A DNA stretch of 64,000 nucleotides. Source: Laetmonice hystrix (lineage: Eukaryota). Below are positions 61,562-64,000 of the stretch, in pieces (within the stretch, counting starts at the first letter, position 1; every line of letters starts with the position of its first letter). The position numbers and the translations under genes were made by a program. Location of the stretch: the NCBI GenBank assembly GCA_965235115.1, contig OZ249436.1, positions 44,270,001 to 44,334,000 of the forward strand. Reading direction: 5' to 3'. Under the pieces are notes generated by a model. That model did no database searches and had not been told where the DNA came from. It saw only the letters and a list, made by a program, of their open reading frames with translations.

Positions 61562-64000
61562 TAATTAGGACCGTCAAAATAGTTCCTAACCACTCGGCTC
61601 TTAGCCTAACTTTCCCAGACAGAAAAGATTACAAATACTGCATCGTTATTTTCAGTGAAATGCGACTTTCATGTTGTCAGAAAGAAGAAAGAAGCGACTT
61701 ATAATTCTTCTTTACATTTTATATTGATTACGCTGTTACGTTCATACAACAGAGGCTAACTTCAACATTTACTTTGGCGAAGATACACTGCTGTACAGAT
61801 TGACCATTTGAATTGCTCCGTCAGTAACCACGGGCCTGTACTTCAGAAACCGTTCTTATCACTGGTTCATTCAAACATGTTCACTGTCATTTCGTACTGA
61901 CCACAATTGTTCAAAAATCAGTGTTTTGGTGATGGCACAAATCAAGTTGAGATCAAAATTTAATTTTCTACTTCCTTTTTACTCCATTGACCCACTGTAA
62001 TCACGTAGGCTGCTCATGCTATCTCATATGCTACCTGATACGCAATTAATATATTAAAAAAGTCCCACTTGTCCTTTGTATCTTCATTACATCCCGGCTT
62101 ATACAATGAGCTTAACAAAATTACGCAATTCCACTAAGGGCATAAATGGATTCTCTAATAAATACTGGTACTACGACAGGTGAGACCAATTAATGCTGAG
62201 ACAGGTGAGACTAAAAAGGGAAGTGCAGTTTTCAAACTCTAAGCTACGTTACGTCGATAATATCAAGAGTTTTATTTGAGCATACTCTTTCATGACATCT
62301 TCTTAGAAATCCGTAAACTCTATCCATTTACTGGAAATCCGTAAACTCTATCCTTTTACTGGCAATGCTTCATACTCCTTCCATAGACCTATATTTAGAC
62401 GAAATCTCTATCAAAAACACAACACTGTTAAAGGCCTATGGTGGAAACGCTGTATCTGAGGACCTTTAACCCAACCTGATCGTCTCACCTTCGTGTGAGA
62501 TGCGGGACGGATGAGAGAGTAATTACACTTCACGTGACACGCGCCGGGTCCGTGTACCATCATGTCATCATGCTCACTAACCCGTTATACCGACCAATTA
62601 GGGCTTCCAACCGGTATCCATGGCCGTTAGAGACAAAATTATGCAGACCTGTAGCCAGGATTTCCAAAAGGGTGGGCCGTTTTTATGGGTGGGAAGTGGA
62701 CCTTTTTCAGGAAATGCACTATTATTTTAAAGGCAGATCTTTTGGGATTAAGTAGACTTACTGCCAATGCTGCCATTGACGGTGGTGTTGCTCTTCACTA
62801 AAAACGGACAAGTATTTCTGCATAGTTTTGACACGAAAAAGTGATCCTGTTTTTTTTTTTTTTTTTTTTTTGGGGGGGGGGGGGGGATGGGTAATGCTCG
62901 CCCCATCCTCCTTGGACACGGCCTTATCTGGAATACATTCTGCTACAATATCCTCCCCGAATATAGGAGCATTAAAGAGGCAGGTAAAATTTCTCACTAA
63001 CGTACCTTTGAACACCAGTAACACCATGTGAAGTGTCTAAGGTCGCGCCGATAAGTGGAACACTGCCTAAGGCGACTTTTAAAAATACCGTCTTGGTCAT
63101 TCGCTATTTTCACACGCGTTACGCCGCCACTGGCTTCATGGGACTCTCACTCACTCACTACGACTGCACTACTGACTGTGTACTCTTACCGGTGACAGCA
63201 GACACCTTTTTCTCTCTCTTCACACCCTTATTGGGGCATGTTAACAAATACAGAGTTTGCGTGCGGCTATCGTTTGCAATCCTCTCTGAAATCGTCAATG
63301 AATCTGTCGCCATCACGGGTTCACAAGAAATAAGACTAAGTAAAGCAGGCAGACTAATCCCCAGATTTAAAGGTTCTCTGAAATCCTGTGATTTTAACCT
63401 AAAACATGCCAACTTCTGGGCGTCTCCAGTGCTGCAAGGGTCCCAGACCACATGACAAGTGGGATCTTTGCGATCGTCAAGGAGTTATGATATATCGACG
63501 GCAGGTGGCGTTAGTAGTACTGTTGATTAGAACCAACGCTGAGTCGTGCTGAAGCTAGTATGCCATCCTTCAACTACTGTACACTGCCTTCAAGGGGAGG
63601 AACAGCGTTTTATCCTTGTCTGATTATGATACGTAAAAGGAAGGCGAGACATGTGCAGCCTGTGGCGAACTTTTATGAAGGCTTGTGAAACTTTCTTTAA
63701 CTCAGCTACAAAATCTCCTCTCTACCGTTTTCTTTCCCCACTATCTTACATCACGTTTTGACCTTGAACTGTCAGATATTCAATCCTTCGTCATATAATA
63801 ACAGGAGAAGGAAAGATGAATGTTACAGCAATGACAAGCGTGTTTATTTTCCATCGATGGAGTGATGAAGTTAATTCACATGTACGTACCGTGCCTGTAC
63901 TTGCATGGGTATGTTTGATATCAGCACTAAATCCTCGCTCTACCTAACCCGGCAGAATCCAAGTAAGGCGTTCAAACCGTAAAAAAAAAACTTGTGTCTA

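Noticed and set aside
63190..63398. Possible further upstream KATNIP exon (ttttag...G|gtaaga, phase-compatible)
   Set aside because: The peptide is not recognisably KATNIP-like, so it is left unresolved without homology or RNA evidence.

Overview
Animal genomic DNA, probably a lophotrochozoan invertebrate (judged only from repeat and gene style). It holds two convergent intron-containing genes. (1) On + is a rhabdomeric-type (Gq-class-like) opsin with two recognisable exons (3814-3947, 5685-6748); its TM1 exon was not found. (2) On - are the last 15 coding exons of KATNIP/KIAA0556 (61129 to 18498, about 777 codons), all phase-compatible, including a GT-AG U12-type (minor spliceosome) intron at 39588-44769. 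Roughly 30 kb of the window is tandem repeat. The most striking pattern is that at least seven arrays are built from a unit spanning a real exon-intron junction. Five amplify donors and two amplify acceptors, giving 3 to about 125 decoy splice sites beside the functional one. Two more arrays abut branch-point regions. Also present are a tRNA-derived Deu/Nin-like SINE with a 13-bp TSD and several non-autonomous TIR DNA transposons. The very long ORFs in the track are repeat artefacts. Copy numbers are hand estimates (span divided by unit length).
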